Assembly: GCA_963785725.1 (NCBI GenBank)
Contig: CAWAWS010000004.1
Coordinates: forward strand, 32,001-96,000
Reading direction: 5' to 3'
Length of the DNA: 64,000 nt
Source: an uncultured delta proteobacterium
GTDB lineage: Bacteria > Myxococcota_A > Polyangia > Palsa-1104
Part shown: piece by piece, positions 63,444 through 64,000 of the stretch
Numbering within the stretch: position 1 is the stretch's first letter
How the letters are laid out: every line of letters starts with the position of its first letter
Notes under the pieces: model-generated
Seen by the model: only the letters and a program-made list of their open reading frames with translations
What the model was told of the DNA's origin: nothing
Databases searched by the model: none
Position numbers and translations under genes: made by a program

Positions 63444-64000
63444 TCAGCGCGGTAGATCGAGCAGGTGATCGAGCCGCGCCGACTCGGTCGCGAACTGCTT
63501 CTTGGCCGCCTCGCCCAGCTTCTTGCGCGTCGTCTCCTGCACCGCGAACGGGTCGAGCACTTTGGCGCCTGCCATCAGCTGATAATGCAGATGGGGCGCG
63601 AACGAATGCCCGGTATTGCCGCTCTTGCCGACGACCTCGCCGCGCGAGACATGCGCGCCCGTCGCGATCGTCGGCGGCTCCGACAAGTGCAGGAAGATGG
63701 CGGTCAAACCTTTGCCGCCCGCCTCGTGCAGCTCGATGTCGTTGCCGTTGCCCTTCCAGTTCCAGTTCTTCTTGGCCACCGTCGCTTCGAACGGCGCCTT
63801 GACCGGCGTGCCCATCGGCGTCTTGAAGTCGACGCCCTTGTGCCCGCGCCCGTCGCGCAACAGCGACGTGACCTGCTCGTAATCGTCGAGCGGCGGATGC
63901 GCCAGGCGCAGCTCGAGCTCGGCGCCGTCGGGCGTATAAAACCGCGGCCACTGCGAATCGGGCGCTTTGAAGCGATAGGCGCGGAACGTGCGGTTGCTCT
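63444..64000 (-). CDS. M23 metallopeptidase (5' end beyond window)
   Basis: HKGVD, FLHL, GKSGNTGHSFAPHLHY. Confidence 0.88.
   Translation of the reverse strand, partial: SNRTFRAYRFKAPDSQWPRFYTPDGAELELRLAHPPLDDYEQVTSLLRDGRGHKGVDFKTPMGTPVKAPFEATVAKKNWNWKGNGNDIELHEAGGKGLTAIFLHLSEPPTIATGAHVSRGEVVGKSGNTGHSFAPHLHYQLMAGAKVLDPFAVQETTRKKLGEAAKKQFATESARLDHLLDLPR

Overview
High-GC, gene-dense bacterial window. Gene content (several sigma-54 enhancer-binding proteins, two RpoH-like sigma factors, DUF4388, an exoA-I-like operon) points to Myxococcota; this is inferred, not database-checked. The core is a ~22 kb minus-strand Wzy-type polysaccharide locus (9.3-31.4 kb). Its order matches the Myxococcus spore-coat exo operon: short OPX lipoprotein, beta-barrel, co-polymerase, BY-kinase, priming transferase, GNAT, DegT aminotransferase, GNAT. 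It continues in one block with a deacetylase, Wzy, two AsnB amidotransferases, three glycosyltransferases and a Crp/Fnr regulator. Around it lie four sigma-54 activators, two sigma-32-like factors, FtsH, DegP, TamAB, stress proteins and incomplete two-component proteins. About 17 sigma-54 (-24/-12) motifs sit just upstream of gene starts, suggesting a sigma-54-wired dormancy/envelope-remodelling island. Non-coding features are an 8-copy dispersed hairpin repeat family (two copies run into 21-bp minisatellites), a MITE with 16-bp terminal inverted repeats and an 18-bp inverted-repeat element. Five +1 frameshifts are probably sequencing errors. No rRNA, tRNA, CRISPR array or transposase was recognised. 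All family calls are from motif recognition by eye.
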